Shown here: piece by piece, positions 9,246-18,788 of the stretch
How the letters are laid out: the number at the start of each line of letters is the position of its first letter
Numbering within the stretch: the first letter of the stretch is position 1
Virus record (IMG/VR): IMGVR_UViG_3300025929_000014
Span: 41,787-105,786 of that record
Direction: 5' to 3' (one strand)
DNA from: a virus
DNA length: 64,000 nt
The notes under the pieces: generated by a model
The model's database searches: none
The model's input: the letters and a program-made list of their open reading frames with translations, nothing else
Told to the model about the DNA's origin: nothing
Program-made: the position numbers and the translations under genes

Positions 9246-9839
9246 ATGAGCGACCTTCAACTCGTACCCAGCCACAATGGCACTCCCGATTTTCCGGCGC
9301 CGCCTGAGAACTTCTTCGGCGCCAGCTCCTTCGGGAGCGCGCCCCAGAGTGGTTCCTTCGCCCCGAACGCCCAGAGCGGCGATGCCGGCGCCGTCTTCAC
9401 CTTCGGCGACGTGGATCCTGAGTTCCGTTCGGCGCGGCCGGTCTTCCCCAATGGCACCTACGACAGCACGATCATCACCGCCCAGCTCAATAAGGGGAAG
9501 GCTTCCGGCTTCCGCCAGATCAAGCTGAATATCAAGGCATACGACAACGACGGCCGCACGGTGTCGGTCTTCCATTACCTGGGCCTGGAAGGCGACACGC
9601 CGGAGAAGACCAAGGAGAAGCTGGCCGCTACCGTGCGGGTGATCAAGGCCGTCGCGCCCACGCTGGATCTCCGCTCCTTCGTCCCCTCCAACGACGAGCA
9701 TATCGAGCGCCTGTGCGCCGAGCTGGCCAACCGCACCTGCCGGGCCAAGCTGAAGAGCGAGACCTACCAGGGTCAGGCATCCAACAAGGTGGACTTCGAC
9801 GGCATCCTGCCCCCCAGCAAGGGCTTTAGCTTCCAATAA
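9246..9839 (+). CDS. DUF669-like single-stranded DNA-binding protein
   Basis: PVFPNGTYDSTI, ETYQGQASNKV; synteny after Sak4-like gene. Confidence 0.65.
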   Translation: MSDLQLVPSHNGTPDFPAPPENFFGASSFGSAPQSGSFAPNAQSGDAGAVFTFGDVDPEFRSARPVFPNGTYDSTIITAQLNKGKASGFRQIKLNIKAYDNDGRTVSVFHYLGLEGDTPEKTKEKLAATVRVIKAVAPTLDLRSFVPSNDEHIERLCAELANRTCRAKLKSETYQGQASNKVDFDGILPPSKGFSFQ

Positions 9840-9847
9840 GTAGCCAC

Positions 9848-9877
9848 GAGGGCCGGCATCACTTGCCGGCCCTCTTT
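9848..9877 (+). terminator. Putative terminator hairpin
   Basis: GAGGGCCGGCA-loop-TGCCGGCCCTC + TTT. Confidence 0.6.
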
Positions 9878-9890
9878 AAGGGGACGAAAG

Positions 9891-10499
9891 TTGTCAGGTA
9901 GCAACCTACCACTGATTGGGCTCAAGGGGCATAAAGGCGCCGGCAAGGATTCAGTCGCGAGTATATTGTGCTGCCGGCCCTACAACTTCGTCCGGCGCGC
10001 GTTCGCCGACGAGCTAAAGCGTGAGGTGTACAACGCATTCGGGTACGCCCTGCTGCTCCAGCTCTACGCCAAGGAACAAATAGAGGGCTGCGCCTTCGCC
10101 GACTGGATGGGGTTCCTCGACGCGCATAAATATGATGCGCCGGATGCAGAATACGGCTGGGTGCGTCCCCTGCTGCAGTTCTGGGGCACTGAGTATCGGC
10201 GCCAGCTGTGTCGGGACGATTACTGGCTGCGCAAAATGGAGGCCCTGCTCATGCCCGGCGTGGTGGTGACCGATATCCGCTTTCCCAACGAGGCGGACCT
10301 GGTGCGTAAGGCAGGCGGCTGGATCGTGCATGTCGAGCGCCCCATGGAGGTAACGCCCGATACGCATGCGTCGGAGGCGCTGCTGGATGCCATTGCCGCC
10401 GACTACACGCTCTATAACGACGGCAGCCTGGAGGATCTGCGTACCGAAGCGGTGACGCTGATCCCCTTCTTGCAAGAACAAGAAGGTGTACGTGGATAG
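9891..10499 (+). CDS. Deoxynucleoside monophosphate kinase
   Basis: IGLKGHKGAGKD, AFADELK, RPLLQFWGTE, VTDIRFPNE, HASE, NDGSLEDL. Confidence 0.92.
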   Translation: MSGSNLPLIGLKGHKGAGKDSVASILCCRPYNFVRRAFADELKREVYNAFGYALLLQLYAKEQIEGCAFADWMGFLDAHKYDAPDAEYGWVRPLLQFWGTEYRRQLCRDDYWLRKMEALLMPGVVVTDIRFPNEADLVRKAGGWIVHVERPMEVTPDTHASEALLDAIAADYTLYNDGSLEDLRTEAVTLIPFLQEQEGVRG

Positions 10500-11220
10500 C
10501 GCCGGCCTGGTCATCTTCGATTTCGACGACACGCTTGTTGAGACCTCGTTCCTCTACACGGAGGCGACCGACGAGTACGTAGATCTGGTGTCTTTTTGGG
10601 GCTTCGACCGGCAGCTGGTGCGGACCACGTTTCTGGAGCACGACCGGCTGGCGATGGAGACGCACGGCTTCGGGAAGCGTTGCCGCTTCCCGGATTCCAT
10701 GGAGGCGACGCTTCGAGCAATCTGGGTGCCGGGTGGGGCTGTCGGCGTGGAGCCTTTTGCCTGGATGGTCAAGGCCGTCAGGAGCATCGGCTTCTCCGTC
10801 TTCCGGCGCCATTCGGTGTCCAAGCCTGACCTGCACGAGGCCCTGGGCACGCTGCATGGCTTCGGGTACGAGCTGCGCCTGCACACCATGGGCGATCCCG
10901 CAGTGCAACAGAAGCGCATCGACCACGCCGGCATCCGGGAGTATTTCTGGCACATCAACATTCCGTCGGCCAAGGATAGCGACGAGCTGGAGGCCATGTG
11001 CTATGGCTACCCCAAAGGCAGTATCTGGTCCGTCGGCGACTCCGTGCGCAGCGACATTATGCCGTCGCTCATGCTGGGTCTCAAGACCATCCGCGTATAC
11101 GCCGATGCCTGCCGGCCGGGATATGACACGACGCAGGACGTTGCTCATGGCAACTACTGGCACGCGCCGAGCCTGAAGACGGCCGTTGACATCATTTTAG
11201 CGGAAGATGGGTTGCAATGA
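10486..11220 (+). CDS. HAD-superfamily hydrolase
   Basis: FDFDDTL (DxD motif I), HTMGD, K, VGDSVRSDI. Confidence 0.88.
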   Translation: MYVDSAGLVIFDFDDTLVETSFLYTEATDEYVDLVSFWGFDRQLVRTTFLEHDRLAMETHGFGKRCRFPDSMEATLRAIWVPGGAVGVEPFAWMVKAVRSIGFSVFRRHSVSKPDLHEALGTLHGFGYELRLHTMGDPAVQQKRIDHAGIREYFWHINIPSAKDSDELEAMCYGYPKGSIWSVGDSVRSDIMPSLMLGLKTIRVYADACRPGYDTTQDVAHGNYWHAPSLKTAVDIILAEDGLQ

Positions 11221-11504
11221 ACAAGTTTTTACAGTTCGTGGGTGTGATTGCGCTCATGTTTGGCGCCTATATCTTGATGGGCTTCGCCGTACAGCAGCTC
11301 TGGGGTTGGTTCGTCGTCCCGTTCTTTCATCTTAGCGCAATCGGCATCGCCGAAGCCCTGGGGTTGACACTGCTCGGCTCTGCCGCCTCGAACTTCAACC
11401 CGATCAAGAGCGGTGATTTCTCGGCAAGGTTCTTGGTTCTTCTGATGATTTTCCGCCCGGCAGGCATCCTGGCCACCGGCTTTCTCCTGCACCTGTTCCT
11501 GTAA
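11217..11504 (+). CDS. Membrane protein
   Basis: Three hydrophobic segments; LWGWFVVPFF pattern common in phages; ATGA/TAATG coupling. Confidence 0.75.
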   Translation: MNKFLQFVGVIALMFGAYILMGFAVQQLWGWFVVPFFHLSAIGIAEALGLTLLGSAASNFNPIKSGDFSARFLVLLMIFRPAGILATGFLLHLFL

Positions 11505-14200
11505 TGAGTACCTGCGCTGACTGCCCCTACAAAGGTGACTCCTGCGGCTTTCGCGGACCCATCGACGCCCCCGTCGTGATCGTGGGCGAGGCGCCCAGCT
11601 TCAACGACCTGGCTGCCGGGAAACCGTTCTCCGGTGATGCCGGTCAGCTGCTCAAGGGCGTCATCGCGGCCGCAGGTTATGGCGACCTGCCCATTCTGTA
11701 CACCAATGCCATGGTCTGCAAGCCGGACTTTTCCGATGAGCCGTTCGCCAAAGGCATTGCGGCCTGTCGGATGCGCCTCTTGGCGGAAGTGAACATGTAT
11801 CCCCGCAGGATGGTGATCGCTCTGGGCACCAGCGCACTGCGCGGCCTTATTGGAGGTGCTGGCGAGGATACCAAGCTCAGGGGCCAGTTCCTGAAGCTCT
11901 TCAACGGCACGCCCCTGATGGTCACCTATCGTCCAGGCGCCGTGTTGCGTGCCGTCGGCTATTACCGCCACTTTGCGCGCGATATACGCCGGGCGCTGGC
12001 GGTTGGCGCCGGTGAGCCCCGTCCAGATCCGGGCGAGACGCAGCATGTCGTGCTCGATGCGGCCGGCACACGCGCCCTGGTGCCGAACCTGCTCGCTCTG
12101 CCGCATGGACAGCTGGTGGCATTTGACGTGGAGACTACCGGTCTCAATCCGCGCCTGAACAAAGTAACGTTTCTGGGTATCTCCTACGAGCCGCACCATA
12201 CCTTCATCATCCCGGCCGCGCATATCCCCTTGCTGGCGCCCGCCATGCTGGGCGCGAATGCGCGCTGGGTCGGCCACAACGTCCAGTTCGACGTGAAGTT
12301 CTTGCAGGCGGCCGGCCTCGACGTGCCGCTCCATCACGATACACAGATTATGTCGTATTGCCTGGATGAAGTCCCTGGCGGGCATGGGCTCAAGGCGTTG
12401 GCCAACGAGCACCTGGGCACCAACGACTACGAGGCGGCGCTGGATGTCTATAAGAAGAAGCACGGCATCGTCGGCGACTACAGCCAGATCCCCAACGAGA
12501 TCCTACTGCCCTATCTGGCGATGGATGCCGACTACACGCTGCGCCTGGCGAACCTGCTCCTGCCCCAGGTGGAGGCCCAGCCGGACCTGAAGCACCTCTA
12601 CTATAACACGCTGCTGCCGGCGACCCGCGCGCTCCTCAAAGTGGAGGCTGCCGGGCTCTGGATGGATCCTGAGCGGACTGAACTTGCTCGCGCGTCCATT
12701 ACGGTGGAGCGGGATAACCGGCTGGCCGAGCTGGAGGATCTGGCCTACGGCATCTGGGATACGGAAGCCTATCGTCGGGATACGGGGTCCAGGGCGGGCG
12801 TTAAGGGGCCGTCCGCCGCGCAGGTCGCGCACATCAGTTCGACGGATAAGAAGAAGATCGACTGGATGCTGAAACGTCTGGAGCTGGGCTATGTGCTCCC
12901 CAGCCTGCAGGAGAAGGCGCTGCGCGATGCCATAGCCGCCCTACCGACAGATCGTGTGGCAGGCCACTTCCTGCAGGTGTTGCAGGGCCTGCGCATGGCC
13001 GATAAGGAGCTAAAAGCGCTCAGGAAGGAAGAGCATACGGATAAGGAGGCGATAGACGCCGCCAATGACCTCAAGACGCGTGCCAAGGCGATCTTCGACT
13101 CCTGGGAGCATGCCTACTGGAAGCCGGCCGAGTATCAAGCCGAACGCGAGACCCGCACGGCCGTAGACTTCACGCCGGGCAGCCCGGCACAGGTCTTGTG
13201 GCTGCTCAAGAAGATGGGTATTCCGGTCTCCAATACGCAGGAAGACACCATCAAAGGGTATGCGGCGACAGTGCCCTTTATCGAATCGCTACTGGGCTAT
13301 CGTGGCGCCGTCAAGTCGCTGGGCACCTACGTGGATGCCATTTCGGAGATCGTAGCCAAAGAGCCGGACGGTCGGGTGCATGCCACCTTCCGCTTGACGA
13401 CCGTCGTCACCGGGCGGCTCTCATCGGCCGAGCCCAACCTGCAGAATATCCCACGAGATCCGATGTTGCGGGGTATGTTCGGGGCGCCACCAGGACGCAT
13501 CCTGGTGGAGGCCGATCTCTCGCAGGCCGAGCTGCGGGTGCTGGCCCATCTCTCTGGTGATGCCTTCTTGCGCCAGGTCTATGCCGAAGGGCGCGATCTG
13601 CACAGCGAAATGGCGGCCAGCGTCTTCGGGCCAAACTTCACGCCGGAGCAGCGCACCAAGACCAAGATCCTGAACTTCGGCGTGATCTACGGCATGAGCG
13701 CGCATTCACTCTCCGCTCAGTTCGAGATGCCCCTCAAAGAGGCGGAAGGCATCATCACCCGCTGGTATGAGCGGGTGCCGCAAGCCAAAGCCTACCTGGA
13801 AGCCTGCCGGCAGGCGCCGCTCAAGGGGCATGTGCTGACCACGCCGTTTGGCCGGCGCCGTCGGTACGGGCTGATTACCAACGAGAACATGGATGCCGTC
13901 CAGCGCGAGGCCACGAACTACGCCATCCAATCGACGGCCAGCGACATTGCGCTCCATGCTGCTATCGTGGTGCAGCCCCAGCTGCCGGCGCTGGACGCCT
14001 TCATCGTCAATATCGTCCACGACTCCATTCTGGTGGAGTGCCCCAATGACGCCCAAACGCCCAACCTGGTCGCTCGCCTTCTGGTGGAGACCATGCGGCG
14101 TATCCCCGCCGAGCGTATCGGCTTTACGGTCCCCATGGATGCCGACGCCAAGATTGGCCGCCATTGGGGGCAGATGCAGAAATGGAAGGAGCAAGGGTGA
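11504..14200 (+). CDS. Family A DNA polymerase with N-terminal UDG family-4-like domain and 3'-5' exonuclease
   Basis: CxxC..VGEAP..GKPFSG; ExoI FDVETTG, ExoII HNVQFD, ExoIII YLAMD; TGRLSSAEPNLQNIP, motif A DLSQAELR, motif B KILNFGVIYG, motif C VHDS. Confidence 0.95.
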   Translation: MSTCADCPYKGDSCGFRGPIDAPVVIVGEAPSFNDLAAGKPFSGDAGQLLKGVIAAAGYGDLPILYTNAMVCKPDFSDEPFAKGIAACRMRLLAEVNMYPRRMVIALGTSALRGLIGGAGEDTKLRGQFLKLFNGTPLMVTYRPGAVLRAVGYYRHFARDIRRALAVGAGEPRPDPGETQHVVLDAAGTRALVPNLLALPHGQLVAFDVETTGLNPRLNKVTFLGISYEPHHTFIIPAAHIPLLAPAMLGANARWVGHNVQFDVKFLQAAGLDVPLHHDTQIMSYCLDEVPGGHGLKALANEHLGTNDYEAALDVYKKKHGIVGDYSQIPNEILLPYLAMDADYTLRLANLLLPQVEAQPDLKHLYYNTLLPATRALLKVEAAGLWMDPERTELARASITVERDNRLAELEDLAYGIWDTEAYRRDTGSRAGVKGPSAAQVAHISSTDKKKIDWMLKRLELGYVLPSLQEKALRDAIAALPTDRVAGHFLQVLQGLRMADKELKALRKEEHTDKEAIDAANDLKTRAKAIFDSWEHAYWKPAEYQAERETRTAVDFTPGSPAQVLWLLKKMGIPVSNTQEDTIKGYAATVPFIESLLGYRGAVKSLGTYVDAISEIVAKEPDGRVHATFRLTTVVTGRLSSAEPNLQNIPRDPMLRGMFGAPPGRILVEADLSQAELRVLAHLSGDAFLRQVYAEGRDLHSEMAASVFGPNFTPEQRTKTKILNFGVIYGMSAHSLSAQFEMPLKEAEGIITRWYERVPQAKAYLEACRQAPLKGHVLTTPFGRRRRYGLITNENMDAVQREATNYAIQSTASDIALHAAIVVQPQLPALDAFIVNIVHDSILVECPNDAQTPNLVARLLVETMRRIPAERIGFTVPMDADAKIGRHWGQMQKWKEQG

Positions 14201-15261
14201 GCAGTTTTGAGGTCAAGGTCTACCCCATAGAGCTGCACCCGCACGAGAACGCGGATGCGCTTGAAATCGGCCGTATACCAGGCCAGGATTATCAGTTTGT
14301 TGTGCGCAAGGGCCAGTTCGTGGACGGCGATCTCTTTGTCTATATCCCCGAACAGGCGGTGCTTCCGCAGGATCTCATCGAGGGTATGGGTTTAACCGGA
14401 ATGTTGCACGGCAGCAACAAAAACCGGGTGAAGCCGATTCGCCTGCGCGGCGTATTGAGCCAGGGTCTGGCGCATAGGCCGGTTGTCTGGCCTCCCGACT
14501 GGGAGCTGGGCATGGACGTTGGCGACGAGCTGGGCATCACCAAGTATGAGCCGGTTGTCCCCACGCATCTGGAGGGGAGGGTCAAGCCGGCACCTAACCT
14601 ACCGCGTGCGCCGGGCGGATCGCTCTTCCAGGGCTACACCGACATCGACAACATCAAGAAGTTTCGCGATGTCCTGCAGCCTGGTGAGCTGGTCTATGTG
14701 ACGGAGAAGCTCCATGGCACCTGCCTTCTGGTCGGCAGCCTGTGTGGCGAGCGGGTGGTTTCCAGCCTGGGGTTGGCCCGGCGTGGCTACATGCTGGAAG
14801 ACGACGGCAACGTCTACTGGGAGACGGCCAAACGCTACGAGCTGCACGACAAGCTGGAGATGATGCTGAAGAGCAAGGGCTGCCAGCAGGGCATGATCTT
14901 TGGCGAGATCATCGGCGTGCAGGATCTCAAGTATGGGCACACGGACGGTCAGACGAGCTTTCAGGCGTTTGACTTACTCCTGGAGGAGTCATATGGCTAC
15001 CAGCCGTATTATGAGTTCCTGCCGCGTTGTCTGAGCTATGGTATCCCCACCGTGCCCCTGCTCTTTATCGGTCCTTATGCGCCGGACCACATCCTCTCGC
15101 TGACGGCCGGCAGCAGTTCGCTCGCTGATGTGCGTCATGTCCGGGAGGGCGTGGTCATTCGTCCAGCAGCCGAGCGCCGCCATCCCGCCTTGGGGCGGGT
15201 GATTCTGAAGAGCATCAATCCCGACTATCTCACGCGCAAGAATGGCAGCGAGTTTCACTGA
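14197..15261 (+). CDS. RNA ligase, DRB0094 (Rnl5)-type
   Basis: N-terminal HENADALEIGRI..VVRKGQF..VYIP; TEKLHGT, FGEIIG, AFDL, REGVVIRP, LKSINPDYL. Confidence 0.92.
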   Translation: MSSFEVKVYPIELHPHENADALEIGRIPGQDYQFVVRKGQFVDGDLFVYIPEQAVLPQDLIEGMGLTGMLHGSNKNRVKPIRLRGVLSQGLAHRPVVWPPDWELGMDVGDELGITKYEPVVPTHLEGRVKPAPNLPRAPGGSLFQGYTDIDNIKKFRDVLQPGELVYVTEKLHGTCLLVGSLCGERVVSSLGLARRGYMLEDDGNVYWETAKRYELHDKLEMMLKSKGCQQGMIFGEIIGVQDLKYGHTDGQTSFQAFDLLLEESYGYQPYYEFLPRCLSYGIPTVPLLFIGPYAPDHILSLTAGSSSLADVRHVREGVVIRPAAERRHPALGRVILKSINPDYLTRKNGSEFH

Positions 15262-15578
15262 TGATCGAGATACAACCACAGCCCGGCAGCCTCTACTATC
15301 AAACCTTTACTACCGGAGGGACCACTGTGCCCGCAGAAACGCCGAAGACCAAGCGCCTGGAATATGAGCTGAAGCTCTCGATCTCCAGGGACGACATCCC
15401 AGCCGACGACATCGTGGAGGCCCGCAATCAGATAGAGCGCTGGATCTACGAGGGCATGCAGCTCTTGGCGGACCATTTCACTATCGATCCCGACGACACG
15501 GATTTCGTGGATGAGCAGTGTCATGTTGATAAGACCTACATCAACGAGCTGTCGCTCAAGCAAACCTGGGGCGAGTAA
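15261..15578 (+). CDS. Acidic hypothetical protein
   Basis: TGATG/TAATG coupling. Confidence 0.6.
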   Translation: MIEIQPQPGSLYYQTFTTGGTTVPAETPKTKRLEYELKLSISRDDIPADDIVEARNQIERWIYEGMQLLADHFTIDPDDTDFVDEQCHVDKTYINELSLKQTWGE

Positions 15579-15778
15579 TGGCCCTTAGAGCGGTCGTCAA
15601 GTATTGCATTACGCTGTCGGCCGGCGTGGAAGACCTTACCGACCTGGCGCCGGCATTGGCCATCCTGCAACGTGACGTGCGCGACATCGACGAGGTAGTG
15701 CATGAGTGCCTCGCGCACATCGACCTGCGCAAGGTGGAGTATTTGGGGGAGAGACGCGATGACACAGATACTGAGTGA
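15578..15778 (+). CDS. Hypothetical protein
   Basis: TAATG coupling. Confidence 0.55.
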   Translation: MALRAVVKYCITLSAGVEDLTDLAPALAILQRDVRDIDEVVHECLAHIDLRKVEYLGERRDDTDTE

Positions 15779-16058
15779 CCAGGAACTGTTCACGGCGCTG
15801 CAGGTGATGTTGCGCTCGGCAGTGGAGATCTGCCGTCAGAGCGCTGAAGACATTAGTCCTGTTCCTGCTTCGCGTGCGTTGGTTGATGTATTGGTGCAAG
15901 CCTCATTGCTGCCGGAGTTTGATACGCCTATCTTCAGCGCCTTGAAGCTGCTCGATGTCGCCTGGCATGAGATTTCTCCAAACAGTATTGATTTTGCCGG
16001 TATGGAGGTGCTTTGCACCGCCCTCGCCGATCTCCTGGAGGTGCAGCGTGGCCGCTAA
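15759..16058 (+). CDS. Hypothetical protein
   Basis: GGGGAG SD before ATG 15759. Confidence 0.6.
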   Translation: MTQILSDQELFTALQVMLRSAVEICRQSAEDISPVPASRALVDVLVQASLLPEFDTPIFSALKLLDVAWHEISPNSIDFAGMEVLCTALADLLEVQRGR

Positions 16059-16824
16059 GGTCTATATTGTCGGTCGTCCATATATCGACTGGTGGGCCGT
16101 CTCTAACTTCCTTAAAGCGGAGACGGGCGACGGGCTCTCCTGGCAACGTGATGCGGAAGAGGGCGACGAGATTCGTACTGTCTATGATGGGCAGGAGCTG
16201 TGCGAGCTGGCTGGTCGTGTCTGTTATATGAGCTTTGGTGAGAGCCAGGGGCGTAAGACCAACAAGCACTACCTAGACAACATACTGTCCTCCGGGCATG
16301 GGTCGGTGCTGGAGCATGCCAACTGGAACGTGATCGTCACCGGCATCAGCCGCACCTGCAGCCACGAGTTGGTGCGGCACCGGGCCGGCTGGAGCTACTC
16401 GCAGCTCTCGCAGCGCTATGTGGATGAGTCACAGGTTGAAGTCGTAATGCCGTCCGCTATCGCGTCGCTGGGGCGTGACGCGCAGCGTGCCTGGGAAGCA
16501 GATATGCGCGATGCGCGTGAAACCTATAAGCATTGGGCCGATGTGCTCCAGAAGGCGCAACCGGCCGATATGACGACACGCGAGGCCCGCTTGGCTGCCC
16601 GTCAGGCTGCTCGCTCGGTGCTCCCCAACGCGACGGAGACCAAGATCTTCATCACCGCTAACTGTCGGGCGCTCCGTCATTTTTTCACTCTGCGGGGATC
16701 CCTGGCGGCCGAGCCGGAGATTCGCGCCCTGGCACATCAATGGCTTCCGCTGATGCACAAAGAGAGCCCGCATCTCTTCGGTGATCTGCAGATCGTGGAT
16801 GGGGCGATCACATGCGTCTCCTAG
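16048..16824 (+). CDS. thyX: FAD-dependent thymidylate synthase ThyX
   Basis: ELAGRVCY, GHGSVLEH, ELVRHRAGWSYSQLSQRY (RHRx7S), ARSVLPNA, EIR; GGAGG SD before GTG. Confidence 0.96.
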   Translation: MAAKVYIVGRPYIDWWAVSNFLKAETGDGLSWQRDAEEGDEIRTVYDGQELCELAGRVCYMSFGESQGRKTNKHYLDNILSSGHGSVLEHANWNVIVTGISRTCSHELVRHRAGWSYSQLSQRYVDESQVEVVMPSAIASLGRDAQRAWEADMRDARETYKHWADVLQKAQPADMTTREARLAARQAARSVLPNATETKIFITANCRALRHFFTLRGSLAAEPEIRALAHQWLPLMHKESPHLFGDLQIVDGAITCVS

Positions 16825-17111
16825 CCGGTGTGGTGCTCTGGCTGGCGCTGTGCGGCGCACTGCTCTTTGCAGGCGTCTCCATCGCTTACGCGCAGCCGGC
16901 GAATGCGTTGCGTACGGCAGTGCTGCGGCTGCAATGGGACTGGACGCAGTATCGTTGGGGGCCGATAAACCATTACGTCTGGACTAACTACTATGCGTCA
17001 AAGCCGCCGACCTACAGTTCTGTGTGCTGGCCGAAGGCGGGAGGGACCGGTTTCGATTGTCCCTACGATTGGCCGGACGCCCAGCTGCTTCCGACCCGGT
17101 ACGAGCCATGA
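16812..17111 (+). CDS. Secreted or membrane-anchored hypothetical protein
   Basis: N-terminal hydrophobic signal-like segment. Confidence 0.6.
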   Translation: MRLLAGVVLWLALCGALLFAGVSIAYAQPANALRTAVLRLQWDWTQYRWGPINHYVWTNYYASKPPTYSSVCWPKAGGTGFDCPYDWPDAQLLPTRYEP

Positions 17112-17278
17112 AGATTCTCTGGAAGTTCCTTGACGGGATCTATCTCGGAGTCGTCCTGTGGGCAACATTCGCGCTGCTGGTCGAGGGGCAGCAGCAGCAC
17201 CAACTCTGGTGGGCATTGGGGGTCGGCATCGGCATAGGGGAACGCTACGCGCGCTGGATCTACACGAAGGAGGCATGA
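17108..17278 (+). CDS. Small two-TM membrane protein
   Basis: ATGA overlap; MKILWKFLDGIYLGVVLWATFALL. Confidence 0.55.
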   Translation: MKILWKFLDGIYLGVVLWATFALLVEGQQQHQLWWALGVGIGIGERYARWIYTKEA

Positions 17279-17295
17279 CATGAAAGTAAAAGGCA

Positions 17296-17550
17296 ATGAT
17301 CGACACATCCACGTTGGCCCAAGAATTGCGCATCGTCCAGGAGAATCTCTCCGCTCCCTACGTCCAGCTGGATCGCCTGTACCGGCGTTACCGTTCGACA
17401 CGTTTGGCTGCCCTGGCCCCAATCTTAGGTCACTATCAGGCCATCAACAGCCTGTTGGCGGACCTGATAGCGGACCTGAAGAACGTGCCGGCGCCCTTGC
17501 TCGCCGGGGAGGATTGCGATGAGCCTGGCGCGCATCCAGTCGGTGCCTGA
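17296..17550 (+). CDS. Hypothetical protein
   Basis: Operon packing; AAAGG upstream. Confidence 0.5.
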   Translation: MIDTSTLAQELRIVQENLSAPYVQLDRLYRRYRSTRLAALAPILGHYQAINSLLADLIADLKNVPAPLLAGEDCDEPGAHPVGA

Positions 17551-17746
17551 TGTCACGTTCCAGTATGTGCCGCTCTTCTTCTGCGGCTGGTGGATGCTCT
17601 CCGCCCATGCGCGCACCTATCCGCCCAGGTGGCTGACGTTAGGCTGGGGCTTTGCTCATAGCCGCATGGCCGCTATCTACAAGGCAGAGGCCATACTGGA
17701 GAACCATGGCGCCCTGCAGCCGCCTCCGGTGGTGTTCCATGGGTAG
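17519..17746 (+). CDS. Hypothetical protein
   Basis: GGAGG SD. Confidence 0.55.
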   Translation: MSLARIQSVPDVTFQYVPLFFCGWWMLSAHARTYPPRWLTLGWGFAHSRMAAIYKAEAILENHGALQPPPVVFHG

Positions 17747-18080
17747 GCCCATTGAGCGCTTCTACGCCTATCGCGGCGAGCTGAATGTTGATTCCGTGCA
17801 ACATTTCATGGGTGCCATTTGGAAGGACTACAACCGTACATCGCCGGATGCGCTGCGCTGCGCAAAGGGGACGGCGCTGCTGTTACGCCGCTCGCTGCCG
17901 GCATATCTGTATTTTTACGCCGACATCAATTTCCTTACAGATGACACGATTTCTGCCGTCGTCAATCCCATGGACGGTAGGACGGTGCCTATCGAAGTGG
18001 ACGGCGATCTCCCCCTTGGCACCTTCCTGGCAGAGCGGGATGGCGAGTATTGGGCGCTGGTGCCGGAGGCGACGCTATGA
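17739..18080 (+). CDS. Hypothetical protein
   Basis: Overlap coupling at both ends. Confidence 0.6.
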   Translation: MGRPIERFYAYRGELNVDSVQHFMGAIWKDYNRTSPDALRCAKGTALLLRRSLPAYLYFYADINFLTDDTISAVVNPMDGRTVPIEVDGDLPLGTFLAERDGEYWALVPEATL

Positions 18081-18192
18081 AGAAGAAACCGACAAACGGC
18101 GAAATGCTGCAGATTACCGTTGTATACGGCATCGGTATCGGCATAGCTACCGGTATGCCTTTGTGGTTCTCAACGCCAATAGCGGCCAGCAA

Positions 18193-18777
18193 ATGAATGA
18201 CGTGCTCTTCTCATCGGCCAGCGCCGAGTGGCTCACCCCCGCGCATATCATCAAATCCATTGTGAGCTTCTTTGGCGGCATCGCGCTAGATCCCTGCGCC
18301 GAGTCGCACACCGATCCGAATGTGCCGGCCGCCAAACGCTTCACCAAAGAGGACGACGGCTTGAAACAGGAGTGGGTCGGCAACTCGATCTACATGAATC
18401 CACCGTATGGGCGTGGTATCGGGGTCTGGATTACCAAGCTGCTGGCCGAGCGCCGGCACTATAGCGAGGCCATCACCCTGATTCCGGCGCGCGTCGATAC
18501 CGGCTGGTGGGATACGCTGATGCAGGTCGAGCCCATCTTCTGCCTGTTGACCGGCCGGTTGACGTTCCATTCGACGCATCCTGGCCTGCCGCCCTCACTC
18601 GAAGGCTTGACGCTCGAAGAGGCTGCGGAGCTACAGGAGAAATACCGGAAGGCGCTCAAGGGCCACCTCGATCCCGATACCGCGCCGTTTCCCAGCGCGC
18701 TGGTCTACATCGGCGAGCGCCGCCATCTCTTCGCCCATCATTTCGCCGAGTTCGGGCGCATCTACGCCCAGTATTAG
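18193..18777 (+). CDS. Phage DNA N6-adenine methyltransferase
   Basis: EWLTP, LDPCA, DGLKQEW, MNPPYG (NPPY), LIPARVDT.WW, GRLTF..APFPS. Confidence 0.9.
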   Translation: MNDVLFSSASAEWLTPAHIIKSIVSFFGGIALDPCAESHTDPNVPAAKRFTKEDDGLKQEWVGNSIYMNPPYGRGIGVWITKLLAERRHYSEAITLIPARVDTGWWDTLMQVEPIFCLLTGRLTFHSTHPGLPPSLEGLTLEEAAELQEKYRKALKGHLDPDTAPFPSALVYIGERRHLFAHHFAEFGRIYAQY

Positions 18778-18788
18778 AAGGAGACCAC

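Noticed and set aside
12660-13100. Intein or intron in the polymerase
   Set aside because: No C/S...HN splice junctions or homing endonuclease motifs; the frame is continuous and the insert resembles the thumb
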